64,000 bases of DNA. Origin: Octopus vulgaris (lineage: Eukaryota). The position numbers were made by a program, and so were the translations under genes. Each line of letters begins with the position of its first letter. Position 1 is the stretch's first letter. This document shows, piece after piece, positions 1 to 14,300 of the stretch. The stretch spans positions 108,934,001 to 108,998,000 of the forward strand of contig OX597815.1 of NCBI GenBank assembly GCA_951406725.2, read 5' to 3'. Under the pieces are notes generated by a model, which was not told the origin of the DNA, did no database searches, and saw only the letters and a program-made list of their open reading frames with translations.

Positions 1-254
1 GAAGAGAATAGAAAGTGCCAGATAATTGACTTTACCGTCCCAAATGATGAAAAAATTAATATGAGAGGTACAGAAAAAATAGCAAAAGAGAGGATGGAAA
101 GTGCGGGTAAAATGTATCCCAGTAGCTATAAGTGCATTGGGAACTTACCTTAAATATGTGAATAGATGGATAGAGGAAATAGGCCTAAAACCCAGTTTAG
201 TAAAGCTCCAGAAAACAGTGTTATTAAGGACAGGTAGGATAATTAAGAGGCATC

Positions 255-256
<2 letters not shown>
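1..256 (+). mobile_element. 3' fragment of an RLE-type (R4/Dong-like) LINE
   Basis: Degenerate C-terminal endonuclease motifs (IIDFTVPND...EK, CIPVAISALG, LQKTVLLRTGRII), followed by (AAG)n. Confidence 0.7.
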
Positions 257-285
<29 letters not shown>

Positions 286-369
286 AAGAAGAAGAAGAAG
301 AAGAAGGACAACAACAACAATAATAACTATAATATGCCAACTTTATCGAATAACAACAGAAAAAAGATG

Positions 370-1015
<646 letters not shown>

Positions 1016-1016
<1 letters not shown>

Positions 1017-1569
1017 GCTCTGATGCAGTACCAGATAGTGGCTCTCATGGCTTCTGATCTTAACTAATTGGAAGTGTTATCATGTACATTGTTTTGTCTT
1101 GGTATAAAAGATGAGCTAAAGCAAATATTCTGCTCAATACCACAGATTTGCCTGTCAGTTGTTTGACCTTAACCAGTTGAGCATGTCCCTTAGTGGCTGA
1201 CGATATGTGCATGTCTGATCACAAGCAGAAGTAGTGGGGGAGCATCATAGCCATTTGTTCAGAGGGATTCTTTGGGGTTTGAATAATTCACCTCTGGAAA
1301 CATGGGTGGTTTGTTAAACATCCTTAAGCAACCCTTATCAGGGAACTTTTGAGCAGGATGGGTTACTCGACCAGAAGAAAATTCTAACTGGGTCCCACCT
1401 TCAAGGTCATGTGCTGTTTATCTTGATATGAGATCACCATGTCGCGCACATATGATTGTGATGCATGTGCCTGGTGTACCCTTATCAGACAGGTAGTCAT
1501 GATGGGTATACTGGGCTTCGTATATTTTACCCCAGTGTCACTTCGATGACATGCACTGCTCTCTCACTC
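1016..1569 (+). mobile_element. ~550 bp non-coding interspersed repeat ending in (AAT)n, copy 1
   Basis: Aligns by eye along its length with 1674-2202 and 32528-32981. All copies end ...gcactgctctctcac(t/c)c followed by an (AAT)n tail. Confidence 0.8.
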
Positions 1570-1580
1570 AATAATAATAA

Positions 1581-1654
<74 letters not shown>

Positions 1655-1673
1655 ATAATAATAATAATAATAA

Positions 1674-2202
1674 TGTTGTACTGAGCAGTGGATCTCATGG
1701 CTTCTGACTTTGATTAGAAGTGTTATTATGTATATTGTTTTGTCTTGCTATAATAAATGATGGGCTAAAGCAAATATTCTGTTCCATCCCACAGATTTGC
1801 TTATCAGTTGCTTGGCCATAACCAATTGAGCATGCTCCTTGGTAGCTGACGATATGTGCATCTCTGATCATAAATAGAAGTAGTTGGGGAGCATCATAGC
1901 CATGTGTCGAGAGGAATTCTTTGGTGTTTGAATAATTCATTTCTGGAAGCATGGATGTTTTGTTCATCATCCTTAAACGTTATTCAGGAATGAGCTACTT
2001 AACCTGAAGAAAATTCTAACTGGGACCCACCTACAAGCTCATGCGCTGTTTTTCTTGATATAAGATCACCACGTCACGCACATATAGTTGTGATGCATGT
2101 GTCTGCTGTACCCTTATCAGACAGGTAGTCATGATAGGTATAATGGACATCGTATATTTGTACCCCAGTGTCACTTTGGTGGCATGCACTGCTCTCTCAC
2201 CC
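1674..2202 (+). mobile_element. ~550 bp (AAT)n-tailed repeat, copy 2 (tandem, diverged)
   Basis: Homologous to 1016-1569. Separated from it by (AGT)n/(AAT)n and followed by (AAT)n at 2203-2335. Confidence 0.8.
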
Positions 2203-2209
2203 AATAATG

Positions 2210-2333
<124 letters not shown>

Positions 2334-2399
2334 TAATGTATATTGTGTACGTCTTTAATAATAATTAACATGAACCAGAAGGAGTCACCAAGAACAAGG

Positions 2400-2745
2400 A
2401 ATATAAGATACTGTGAGATTTTACAATCCAATGTGACTCTCTAATCGACACTCTGGGACCAGATATTGTTGTGGTAGATAAAGGAGAAAAAGGAAACCAA
2501 GATTATAAAATGTGGACAATCTGGAGATTGTCTGTCATTCCAGTAGTTGTAGAGACATTCGGGGCACGAACAACCAAGTTCGATAAATATGTTAGAGAAA
2601 TGGGAATTGATATGCCTAAAAAATTGCGCTGCTGGGGAGAGCTGTGATTTTGAGAGTGGTACTTGAATGTTGAATGTCTTCCACGATAATTACAACCAAG
2701 TACCAAAGAATCTACCAGAGCAAACAAGACAGAGCGTTTTGAGAA
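2400..2745 (+). mobile_element. Degraded RLE-LINE 3' fragment
   Basis: Motifs GPDIVVVDKGEK and IPVVVETFGA resemble the RLE C-terminus. Followed by (AAC)/(AAT) repeats. Confidence 0.55.
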
Positions 2746-2802
2746 GTACAACAACAACAAAAATAACAACAACAACAACAATAATAATAATAATATTTTT
2801 TA

Positions 2803-3006
2803 CTATAGGCACAAGGTCTGGTATTTTGGGGAGGAGGCTAGTCGATTATATCGACCCCAGTATGCAACTAGTACTTAATTTATCGACCTCGCAAGGATGA
2901 AAGGCAAAGTCCAACTCGGTGGAATTTGAGCTGAGAACGTAGCAATGGGCGAAATACCGCTAAGCATTTCGCTCTGCCTGCTAACGATAGTGCCAGCTCG
3001 CCACCT
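2803..3006 (-). mobile_element. tRNA-derived SINE, family A
   Basis: Reverse complement of GGCGAGCTGGCA...GTTC(A)AATTCC...GACTTTGCCTTTCATCC...GTCGATAAATTAAGTAC, a motif present in about 18 copies across the window. Confidence 0.85.
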
Positions 3007-4166
3007 TAGCAACAACAACAACAACAACAACAACAATATATCATTTTGTATAATCATAACAAGATTTCCATGTTTACAATATAGCTCAGTCCAACCTCTT
3101 TTAAGACTGCTCGCATCTCAGAGACATTAATGCAGTTACAGAAACAAGAGTCGATCAGTTGATTGACAAAGATTCATTCATTAATACTAGGGATTCGTAG
3201 TTGAGCTATGTCTTTTCACTCTCTTCTACTTCTATATCAATGAACTTTGTTCGCCAGAATTAATTCAGTATATAATACCGCCACTGCACCCCATTCGATG
3301 CTTTCGTCTTCTCTCCTCTCAGAATTAATTCTTTTCATGGCCATACAACTGTAGACCTTGTACCGTTGATATAACCTTTATTTACACTCTTATCAATTCG
3401 TCTTCAAATATTTGTGTAAAAGGCAAACTATGTTTATCATGCAATGCTCAAGTGCTAGATTTAAGTTATAAATCTAGGTTATAAAACCTTAAGTTACTTA
3501 GATACAAAGCAATCGCGAAAGTTTTGGAAACGACCGATTACTATAATGACAATGTTGACCTTCGCAATAGGAAAGCTGTTAAACTTTTTTATATTTCGAC
3601 GCCATATGAGATCCTCAGCAATCTCTTTACAGCTACATGCGTTTACCTCACTAAAATGAACAAAGGAATTTGTGTGAAAATATTAATTCCACCTGTTGCT
3701 AAGTAGATTGTAAACAACATTAGAAATTATTTATTTTAATCCGATTTAGCTCCCGATCAATCTTGAGCGAGCAGATTCATGATCTTCACATCTTTTTTTC
3801 ACATATCCATCCTTTTCAAAACGTTGGGTGTGATGGGTGTGATTTAAGCTTTGTTAGAAGGATATCCATATTTCCTGACGATGAATTTCTTTCCCTCTCC
3901 TTCTAACACATAAGGAATTTTCAGTTGAAAGGTGTAAGATGAAATATAAAAGCTATAATTAATACAATTCTATATTTTGAAATCTAATCATATGCAAACG
4001 TGAGATATCCGAAATATTTCTATATCAAAAGTTTATAATATATATATAAGAACTTGCATTCAATGTATGGATATCGCAAATGTTATTCGTAAACTAAGCA
4101 GAAATGGCATTATGTTTAAAATGCAGACTCCCCAAATAAATACCAGCAGTACGAAGAAAATTACTG

Positions 4167-4214
<48 letters not shown>

Positions 4215-4216
<2 letters not shown>

Positions 4217-4529
4217 TAGATAGATAGATATATAAATAAAAACTTACTTGGAGAAGAGGAAACAACGCGTGGCGTTCAATCATATAATAACAATTTAATA
4301 AATAAAACATATGCATACATACATACATATATGTACATACCTACATCTATATGTATATATACATGCATATATGAGTACAGGACACTACAAATAAACGTAG
4401 AACACAACGAGAAACGAAAACATAAAATCAAACAAGGAAGCGGACTTTAACAACGAAAAAACAGAGTACAAGACAAACAATACAAAGAATATTCCCCTTC
4501 ATCAGCTGCCCCTGTTTCGACTCAATGCG
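4215..4529 (-). mobile_element. Fragment of the (TA)n-associated repeat family also seen at 57836-58840
   Basis: Reverse complement matches the terminal repeat of 57836-58840 (gaaacagggg..ctgatgaaggggaatattcttt...tatgattgaacgccacgc...ccaagtaagtttt). It abuts (TA)n at 4170-4212. Confidence 0.75.
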
Positions 4530-5259
4530 TGTGGCAATTTCTGTCTGCCGATCTGTCTGTTACCATTTTGCTGCCTATACTAGTGTAGCCGTTTTCCCGT
4601 GGTGAGATTTTCACCTAACCGCTTGAGTTGAAGCTGTAGTTATCTTGTGTAAAAGTTAAATCTTCGTAGGTAGAGACGATGTTGGCGATGACGTCGTGTC
4701 TGTCGCTTGGTTTTTGCAGCGTCTTCATTATATGTTCTGCTTGGTTATTTTTCTCTTGATATAGATATTCTGCAACTGTTTTTCCATGGTGAGATTTTCA
4801 CACTGACAGTATGAGTTGAATCTGTAGCCATCTTATGTACAAGCTAAATCTTCGTAGATAGTTTTGCTTGGTGGTCGCCTGCCTTTCGAACTGGAACATG
4901 GTTGAGTATGCTCTGTGTGGTCAGAGGTTTAGTCCTCACAAGGACTAAAACCCAAAGACTAGCTCGGTGGTCAGAGGTTAGCCCTGAGAAGGACTAGAAC
5001 CAAAGACTGCTCTGTGGTCAGAGGTTAGCCCTGAGAAGGACTAGAACCAAAGGCGAAAGGTGTCTGAGAACACTCCCTTATATACAGGTTGGTTGGCTTT
5101 GGCCAGTGGCGCGAAAATAAGTGGAGACAAATCGCGTCACGTGTCAACCAGTGGCGCGAACTATGTAGAGACCACTCGTGTCACATGTCAACCAGTGGCG
5201 CGAACTATGTAGGGACAAATCGCGTCACGTGTCAACCAATCAAATTAGTGGTTACAACA
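4530..5259 (-). mobile_element. Candidate solo LTR with internal tandem repeats
   Basis: The minus strand begins TGTTGTAACC and ends ...GCCACA, with a TATATAA box near 5078-5084. It contains three ~47-52 bp repeats (4910-5052), three ~45 bp repeats (5103-5237) and a ~100 bp duplication (4590-4670 and 4779-4860). No clear TSD. Confidence 0.45.
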
Positions 5260-6257
5260 ACGTTAAACTAGCCAAAGATGTTTGTAATCTCAAACGAGAT
5301 CATTCTTAATACTTCTCTCAGACAGTGAAGATAGCAATGAAGAAAACAATGTTGCTACACTAGTGAACCAATCGTGACGAAGCTTTGTATACATGTTAAA
5401 TTAACAATCACTTCAATTATAGGCTAACTGGATTTCAATAAAAATCTATAATGGACCCCCTGGGGGATTGGACTATTATTTGATAAACTGAGAAGTGAGC
5501 AAGAGTATTAGTATGAGGGAAATGTGGTGGCATAGTGAGTGTGCCTGACATCAGGGACGGACAGGACAGTTAACGTTAATACAGCTGACATTCTCGGATG
5601 TACACGCGATGCTGTATACATACTTCCGTAAATGCATAGATACATGCATACACACATACACACACTACATGCACACACATACACATAAGTAACTTTTAAA
5701 ACGCTGAGGAAGGGAAAGAAATATGGGTGTGAGGAATATGTAGCTTTAAGGAGAGAGGAGGTAGGTGGCTTTTCTGCCGTCCATCGCAAAGAAACACTGA
5801 CACACAGACACATACACACACATACATTTATATACATACATACGTAAATATATACATGCATATATGCATATGTCTACTACGCACCATTTCAAACACGTGG
5901 TTATCTGTGCAAATCGCATTACAGATATGTTAGGTACGGACAGAAAATTGGGAGGTACTGCTCACCTCATTTATGGAGCACTCTGGCAAACAATCTGCAG
6001 TCTTCTCCAAAGGTCCCCATTAGCAATATGTGCTGATATATTTTAATAGACCACGCGTCATTGCCCTTTGGATGCAATTGAAAGGTGTAACTGTATATGT
6101 ATAAGAAATACAGAAAATAAATGTTTTAAAAGACAGAATTTCGTCAGCCCATTGGGACTGACATCCATGTATTTTAAACTGCGTTGATAATAAATTAAAA
6201 TATAAATGTTATTTCCATCGTCAAATAAACAGTGTAACGTGTTTCCTGAAGAGAAGT

Positions 6258-7650
6258 ATGGTGGGGTGGACATCTCACGGGAAAAGCTTGGGCACCCTGG
6301 GTATCAGAAGATGGATTTTCCAAGGTGATAGCTTATCTCCGTTGCTTTTTGTTTTCTGCATGGTACACATGACTTTGGTACTTAAGAAAATGAACCTGGG
6401 GTACCAACTAAAGGGAAAATCCCAAACAATCAACCACCTCATCTTCATGGATGATTTGAAACTATATAGTAAGGATGAGACACAAGTGAGTTATTTGGTG
6501 AACACGGTCCGCTGTTTTAGTTCTCATATTGGAATGGAATTTGAATTCAAGAAGTGTGGAATAATCTACCTGAAAAGAGGCAAAGTATAGTCCATGGCAG
6601 GGATAAAATCACTGAACACGGACTTGATTAAACAAATTGAAACGGAAGGCTACAAATACCTAGGTATACTAGAGTTCAACGCGATAATGGAAAAAGGAAA
6701 TGAAAGAGCAACTGAAGATGAAGTATTTCCATATTGACTGGATGGAATAAAATCCAAGCAGTCATTACGTTGGTGTTAGCATTACTTCGGTATGGAGCGG
6801 GAATGATAAAATAGAAAAAGAGAGAAGTGATGAAAATGGGTACCAAGACCAGAAAAATGCAGACGGTACACGGAGATTTCCAACCTAACTGTGACACCGA
6901 TAGGCTGTACTAACCCAGAAGAAATGGTGGGAGATGTTTGATCAATTACCAGGACTATATCGAAGCAGAGGAAAACAGCTTAGTGTGGTATATAAAAAAA
7001 TGCCGTGGAGCCATTGTTGAAGCATACAAAGAAGACTGGCATCATCAAAACTGAAAATTGTGTAAGAAAAGAAAAATTTCAACAAGAAATGAACATCAAA
7101 AAAGAAAAGGCATGGAAGGAAAAGAAATGTCCGGTTAGCCTACAAAAGATGTGAACGCGAAAACAGATACAGAGGACCGATGGGTATAGGTGAGGAGAAG
7201 TGACATGAAGATAGACAGAAGTATTTATATGCGCAGCTCAAAAACAAGTATTAAGGACCAACTATGTTAAGTGCAGAAGGAACAACACTATCGACAGTGA
7301 CAAGTGCAAAATGTGTGGTGAGAGGGGTGAAACAATATGGTACATCGTTAGCGAGTGTCCGAAAAGTAGGAAATACGAAGGTCGTGGTCAATGAGGAGAG
7401 TAGACGTGATACCAAAAGTAATTGGTACACTTGGAAGTATCAGTACTCAACTACCAACATGGTTAAAAAAGATTGGTGCAAGTGTGAAGGTAGAACACCT
7501 ACAAAAACCAGCATTGCTTGGTACTGCAAGAATTCTTCGCAGAGTTCTTGAAGCATGACCAGTAAACAAGTACCACCTTAGGCTACTGGTTGCGGACAGC
7601 TGACATTTTCCATTATACCCAGCAAAATAAGCTGTAAGTTTCCATCAAAT
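6258..7650 (+). mobile_element. 5'-truncated RLE-type LINE (RT, CCHC and C-terminus), decayed, inside an SLCO intron
   Basis: GIRRWIFQGDSLSPLLF...INHLIFMDDLKLY (RT domains 4-5), CKMCGERGETIWYIVSECP zinc knuckle, LQKPALLGTARILRRVL C-terminus and an (AAT)n tail at 7648. Several stops and frameshifts. Confidence 0.9.
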
Positions 7651-7890
7651 AATAATAATAATAATAATACAAAAAGAAAAGTAATAGTTAGTAGTGGAGT
7701 TGATAATATAGAAGTAAGATAATAATAATAATAATACGAAAAAGAAAGTAATGTACAGTAGTGGTTTATAAGTGAAGAGTAATAGTTACAGTAGTGGTGT
7801 TGATAATAGTAGAAGTAAATAGTAGAAGTAACTGGGGGAGAAGAAAATAGTTGTAGTAATAATACAATGATATATAAAAATACAACAAAC

Positions 7891-8124
7891 TTTTAATTTC
7901 TTTCATAGCCTGATTTCCTTCACTTTTCTTATTCATTGTTTTCATCCAGGACTCTGGTCTGCCTTCATTCATTTCAATTGCTTCTTCGTGGTTTGGTTTC
8001 TTTCTTTGATTTCTGGGAAAGAATATCAGTGGAATTGTAGATAGCAATGCAGCAATTCCAAAGATAACATATCCGAGCCACCATGCCCCAATCCATCTTG
8101 GATCTTCTGGCGATAAATTCGTCT
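7891..8124 (-). CDS. SLCO/OATP coding exon 4 (234 bp) with the OATP signature
   Basis: ttttag|AGACG acceptor and AAAA|gtttgt donor. Encodes ETNLSPEDPRWIGAWWLGYVIFGIAALLSTIPLIFFPRN..., containing the OATP signature D-x-RW-(I/V)-GAWW-x-G and TM6. Confidence 0.93.
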
Positions 8125-8698
8125 CTAAAACCAAACGTTTTTTATATATATTTAGAAAAAAATATGAAGAAAGAAAAACGTGCGACAAAGAAACAACTTT
8201 AGAAATAAAAAAATAAAAGAAACTGCATGGATTTGCGATGTTTGCATGAATCTAATTTGAGTCCAGGTTTGGATTTTGCTATGAAGTTACACTGGGAACA
8301 CTGACGATCTTAGCTTTGCCTGCGATTTGACTAATTAAACTCAAGTTGTTTTGATGCATCATAACACATTTTTACGCAATGCAGATCGATCTAGACAATA
8401 ACATTCCAAGATGACAAATTAAGCTGTAGAGACTTTAGTGAGTGCTTCAACATTTCCTTATACATAAGAACGAGTTGCCCTTTACTGCGGTGTCTCTACT
8501 TGCTGACCATACGACACAACTTTTCGGAATGCAGCCATTTTCATTCGAAAAATATGTCCTACATATCTGCATTGAATTCTCAGCAGCATGCTTTTGGTTC
8601 TGGAGATATCACACTTTTCTAAGATTTTGACACTTGATATCTTATCTTACCATTTTATGTTGCATATATATATATATATATATATACATATTTATATA

Positions 8699-8741
<43 letters not shown>

Positions 8742-9250
8742 TTATATATAGGCATACGCATAAAATCTATATATATATATCTATAATCTATATCATAAAG
8801 CTCAACGTCTGTGTGTCTGTGTGTCTGTACATCTATAGAACGAAAGGGAATAGAAGACACATAACAACAAAGTATGTATTCCCATCTAACGTTTTACGAG
8901 AAACGATGAGATACGTAAAATTTATTTTCCATTGCGATTAGGGGGCTTAAAGGGATGCCACCAGCTCTTGTGAAATTTCAAATATCCCTAATTTCAATGA
9001 AAATAACAACACCACTACTAAGTATTAAATAAAGAGGATTTTCAAAATTTCACCATCTTACAATATTATTTAAGAGACCCTAATGGGGTTTATAATATGG
9101 AACAGAGCCCCTTTGAAAGTGAAACTGCATCCACTTTTCATGGATCATACATAACATTTAAGTATGCGTTCTTGGAATAAGTGTACTACAAAACTTAAAC
9201 AATGCATATCTCATTTATATATGTATACATGTATATATACATATACATGA

Positions 9251-9400
<150 letters not shown>

Positions 9401-9576
9401 GTATATAAATACATATAGATATATATACAAAATATATCTATGCAATTATACATTTATATATGTATTTGTATATACCTATATATGTATGTATACATATACT
9501 TGTATATCTATCTGTATATACATATACATGTATATATACGTATATAGATGTGTTTATATACATATACATGTGAAGA

Positions 9577-9610
<34 letters not shown>

Positions 9611-9670
9611 CGTTTGGCTGTTTATCCTACATTAGATGTATATATATATATATATATATACACATATATA

Positions 9671-9833
9671 CGACGGGCTTATTTCAGTTTCCGTCTTCCA
9701 CATCCACTCACAAGGCTTTGTTCGGCCCAAGGCTATAGTAGAAGACACTTGCCCATGGTGACACGCAGTGGGAATGAACCCGGAACTATGTAGTTGGTAA
9801 GCAAGGTACTTACCACACAGCCACTCCTGCGCC
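9671..9833 (-). mobile_element. CORE-type tRNA SINE (octopus OR2-like), 5' part
   Basis: Reverse complement starts GGCGCAGGAGTGGCTGTGTGGTAAG...CCGGGTTCA..CCCACTGCG...TGGGCAAGTGTCTTCT (A/B boxes plus CORE-like block). The family name is from memory. Confidence 0.85.
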
Positions 9834-9842
9834 TATCTATCT

Positions 9843-10005
<163 letters not shown>

Positions 10006-10266
10006 CACACGCATATATTCATGTATACATATATTTATGCATACGATGTATGAATGTTCAGTGAAAAGACGAAAAAAAAACCCAACCGAATTGACAGTCA
10101 ACAACACACACACATTGCTGTTACTACTATTGACTCATGTCAACTATTCATTCACTTCACCAGGTAATTCCTCATGTAAGTCCCCGGGCCACCAAACGCA
10201 GTGTAGATATGAGCATGACTTAGTAAACCAGCACAATATAGACAATGGAACTTAGCGGGAAGGCTA

Positions 10267-10377
10267 TTGTTCCGATGAAATGACTTCAGATTAATTTATT
10301 AAATACGATTTATAATTTCGTAATTAGTCTTCTGTCGGGAGCGATTTCGTATGAGCTACCGAAACAGCTGTAGATAA
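10267..10377 (+). ncRNA. Hammerhead-like motif with a long stem II insert (degenerate)
   Basis: ttgtt-CCGATGAA-(~80 nt)-GAAA-CAGCTG-TA-gataa. Same core and stem III as 11058-11138 and 62266-62316. Confidence 0.4.
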
Positions 10378-10678
10378 AATGAAATTTCTGAAATAAGATT
10401 CAGGTCGCTTGCTTTATGTTCCCATTAATATTTTGCCTCCATAAACATTTCATTTAGACAATTTTAAACATTATGCAATATTATATCTGTTATTGTCAGG
10501 GCATATATTAGAGCTTAAGGATATGCTAATAGATTGATCTCTAGAATTCTGTTAATATAGTTTTCCGTGCATATGCACCTATTGAATATATACGGGACAT
10601 AGGATGATATATTACAACATATATGTGAAAAATGATAATTATATAATTCAATGAATGAAATCAAATTGAAAACATTAC

Positions 10679-10765
10679 CTTTCAAATCATAGTAGGTTTT
10701 TGTACACATAGTTCCGACTACGAAACCAACTACTGGGCCAAAAATTCCAATAGCTGTGATAATAC
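10679..10765 (-). CDS. SLCO/OATP coding exon 3 (87 bp, phase 1-1)
   Basis: ttttag|GTATT acceptor and AAAG|gtaatg donor. Encodes GIITAIGIFGPVVGFVVGTMCTKTYYDLK (OATP TM5, GP-x-x-G-F motif). Confidence 0.92.
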
Positions 10766-11057
10766 CTAAAATCACATTTATATGATATTAAAATACATCT
10801 ATAGATTACAGATATGCAACAATACATACATAGAAACAAACTCATGCATATACATTTATGGATTTATATCTATATATGCATATATATATGTATATATATA
10901 TATAGACATACATTAAATTTATATATATACATATATTACATATATGTACATATACATATGCATGTATATATATATTCAAAAAGTGTTAACTGAATATAGA
11001 GCAGTGATAAGAAAGAAAGATGACAAAGGAATAATTGATTATCTTATGAACTATATT

Positions 11058-11490
11058 AGTTTACAGCTGTTTCTGGTATTAGATGTAGTGGACTCATAGT
11101 TGAGTGCTTGAAAAAGACCCTATTGCTTCATCGGAGCTTCGAATATGAAGTGTAATTTATTTGGGAAAGAATTACATTTGTGCCTATATAGGAAAAGCCA
11201 TCAACAATGAAAAAATGTTAATATAGATGTATGTAAGAAAAGTGTATGTCCAAATAGTAATTTGATGAATTAGGGGAAATACATGAATACATACGTACGT
11301 GTGCAATTTAAGGTATCAGCAGATACACTTTACATATATACATCTGTATTGACTTTTCTCATTGTTGATGCTATTCCCTGTGTAAGTAGAAATGTAATTC
11401 TTTCCCAAATAAATTGCGTTTCATTTTCGAAGCTACGATGAAGCTATAAATTGTTATTCAGGCACCCAGTTAAAAGTCAACTGCGTCTTA
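11058..11490. repeat. Imperfect inverted repeat (arms ~11070-11250 and ~11320-11490) carrying a hammerhead-like motif
   Basis: gcttcatcggagcttcgaa...atttatttgggaaagaattacattt pairs with aaatgtaattctttcccaaataaatt...ttcgaagctacgatgaagc. The minus strand of the left arm reads CCGATGAAG...GAAACAGCTGTA. Confidence 0.75.
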
Positions 11491-11983
11491 TAGTAGCTAA
11501 TGAAGTTGTAAGTTAATGTAGCTGTAAGTTAAGGAATTGACAAGATTTAAGTTAAATGACGAATGAATGATAACTGACGTTTTTATGAAAATTGGTGGGC
11601 TCATTGGAAGCATTCGTCTGGGCTCAACTCTCCATAAATATGAGTGTCTAAATCTCTTAGTTTAGGGCAAATGCTCAAATGGGTATAATTTGGGTCAAAA
11701 TGAATATCAAATATAATTTATCCTAAGCATAAATTTAACACATTATCTCATTAAGCAAGTAATTATTAGTTGTTATAACAGTACCAGTCACACTTTTGTC
11801 CGTACTGTAACGAACTGGGAGTCCATATACTTGACATTACCGGCAAAAAGGTGTTCCAGCATGGCCGCAGTCAAATGACTGAAACAAGTAAAAACACAGA
11901 CACACACACATAAATACATACGAGGAAATACAGTAGAACAAAGCGTGGTAAGCAAAACAAATGGAACTTAGACAATATGTTAC

Positions 11984-12199
11984 CGATATATTTCCCAGTC
12001 TGTGTTTTTTTGACATTATTGTCTATATAAGAGGTCGTCATTGGCCTCCGAACAGATTTGGCCACTCCTTGTATTACCATCCCAACGGCAATTAGAGTTA
12101 AGGCCCAAACATTCGAATGTGTGTTGTTTTGACTCTTTGTCACCATAATCTTTTCCTGTTGTTTGCACATATAATCTTCATCAGTTATATTTCGTTGAT
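11984..12199 (-). CDS. SLCO/OATP coding exon 2 (216 bp, phase 1-1)
   Basis: caccag|ATCAACG acceptor and ATCG|gtaaca donor. Encodes (D)QRNITDEDYMC...WALTLIAVGMVIQGVAKSVRRPMTTSYIDNNVKKTQTGKYI(G), which is OATP TM4 with the SYIDDN-type motif. The frame joins the previous exon. Confidence 0.92.
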
Positions 12200-12699
12200 C
12201 TGGTGATAATATGAAAAATAAAAATAAAAAATATGTATACATACAAACAGGCATATATGTGTAGATCTACGTTATGCACATGCACACCCACCCACACACA
12301 TGCACACACTCCCACACACAAAAACGTGTGTGTGTATATATATATATACATACATATATGTATATATATATATATACATATATATATGTATATATATATA
12401 TACATGCACATACTTATACACACATATTGTTAATAAATGGAAAATACGTGAGGTTTGGGAGAAGTAGGAGATAACTAGTTCGAAAATTGGAAAGCGATAA
12501 ACGCTTCTAGACTTTTGCTTCTGTATTATTTCATTGTATTTGTATAGGTTTTACAAATGCATGAATATTATTACATAGGCATGCATATTGATGGTCGTCA
12601 ACCACATTGCAAATCTGTAATAATGTAAATAATTTCTATAATTGATATATTTTCAAATGATTTTAGCTTTGAATGTCGCATATGATGGAAGGAGGAAGG

Positions 12700-14300
12700 A
12701 CCTCAATGGATAGAATATTTACCTTGAGAAGCGTATAGTAGGGACAGAAAAATCAAAGGGAGGAAACTAGGTGACTGTCCACTGGTAGTAGGAGTATGTT
12801 GGATGTGGTCTGAGCTGCTTCTGTGTGCAATAACAGTACATTCCATATTACATATGCCAATGATGATCTTACCTAAGCTTTGTACACATACGATATCTGA
12901 TCAGAATTGAATTGTTTCCTGGCCCAAACAAGTAATCGTAGTCTTTGTGTTGACGATTTGGCGACATTATTATATAAGTGGAGTTGCCATGAAAGATGTC
13001 CAAAGATTGCGAGTTTCAGATTTTGTATAGTAATGGTTGAAAGTTTCAATTGTTTATTGTTTATGACTGGATGTTTTGTTTCATAGATATGTGTTGAGCT
13101 TGTGTCTTTCACCTTCTGTTCGTTTAAAATCAACTAGGTTATTACGTTCACTTTGAAAAATGTCCTCAAGATCATTGCTCATGGAAGAAGTGTATGTTTA
13201 GCGTAAGATGTCTGTTTAGGTTACGTGGATGATGCCTATGGAAGGAAAATTTAAAAGCTATAAGAAAATTGCATCATCTGAAGAGGAATGCAATAATATT
13301 ATAAGGGACATATGTCATTTGAAAGAAGTCTGCAGGAGACAATATCGGATTTTAGGGTCGGAAGGAACTCTTTTAGCACATGCTGCAGGATTGCTATTGA
13401 ACAGCAATTTTTGATCCAAAAAAGAAAACGGAAGACAAATGTTTACTACAGACGGGAAATTTAACATAGAGGTTCTTATGCTATATTGATAAAGTAGTAG
13501 GCTTTATGCATGTGACTTTACTCTTGTGAAGTTCAAAAACAATAACTTCAGGTGAAATACTGGCATCACAGTAAGTTTCTGTTAAATCTTGGACTACTGA
13601 AGAGAGGTTGAGGTAGATTCAACTCTTTCTGTTTGCAGCAATATGTTCGTAGATGACAGGATTGGAGATTACCTTTCACTAGTAAAAGATATTCCTAAAG
13701 AGAGTGAGCGAACGATTGAAAGAAAAAAAGAGGTGGGTAATGATTTGGCAAAGGATAGATCTAATGAGGGTAATGATGTAATGGTATGTTTGCAAACAGG
13801 ATGGCTCAATTAGTTGGGTTTGAGTGCATAATGAAATTTAAGTACTTGACGTCTGAATAAATATGGTACCGAAAATGAGAGCGTGATGAAGTCTAGATTG
13901 TGGGCGGGGAGCTTCGAGGAAAGTGAGTAGTAATATATAGACAATTTCTTCCTTTAGGATGCTACCAACAGAATCCTCTTGCTTGAGAACATGTTAGACA
14001 GGATGATTCTGCAAAGTTGGTAGAGGTCATCTTAACAACAGACCAACAGGCTATGGTGCACTTTGAAAACTGAGATCTTACAGAAAGTGAGACGCAAGGT
14101 AGCACTATTTTTATTCTATATGATGTCTTACAAGTGTTGTTTTATAATCTCCCGGAAAGTAATGACGGTTACCTTTTCCCAAATGTCATAGCTGGCGCCT
14201 TTTTGTTTGTTTATCTATACTGTTGAATCCCATATGTAAGAAAACCACTTGGAGCTTTGGGATTATAGCTTTTGCTTGTGAGGGGAATGTAAAGTGACAT
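12700..14300 (-). mobile_element. Old CR1/Zenon-like LINE relic
   Basis: HLSWQLHLYN..AKSSTQRLRLLVWARKQFNSDQISYVYKA resembles the CR1-group post-RT region. Boundaries are approximate. Confidence 0.5.

Noticed and set aside
4910-5237. Regularly spaced repeats resembling a CRISPR array
   Set aside because: The units are contiguous tandem repeats without unique spacers, there are no cas genes, and the context is eukaryotic.
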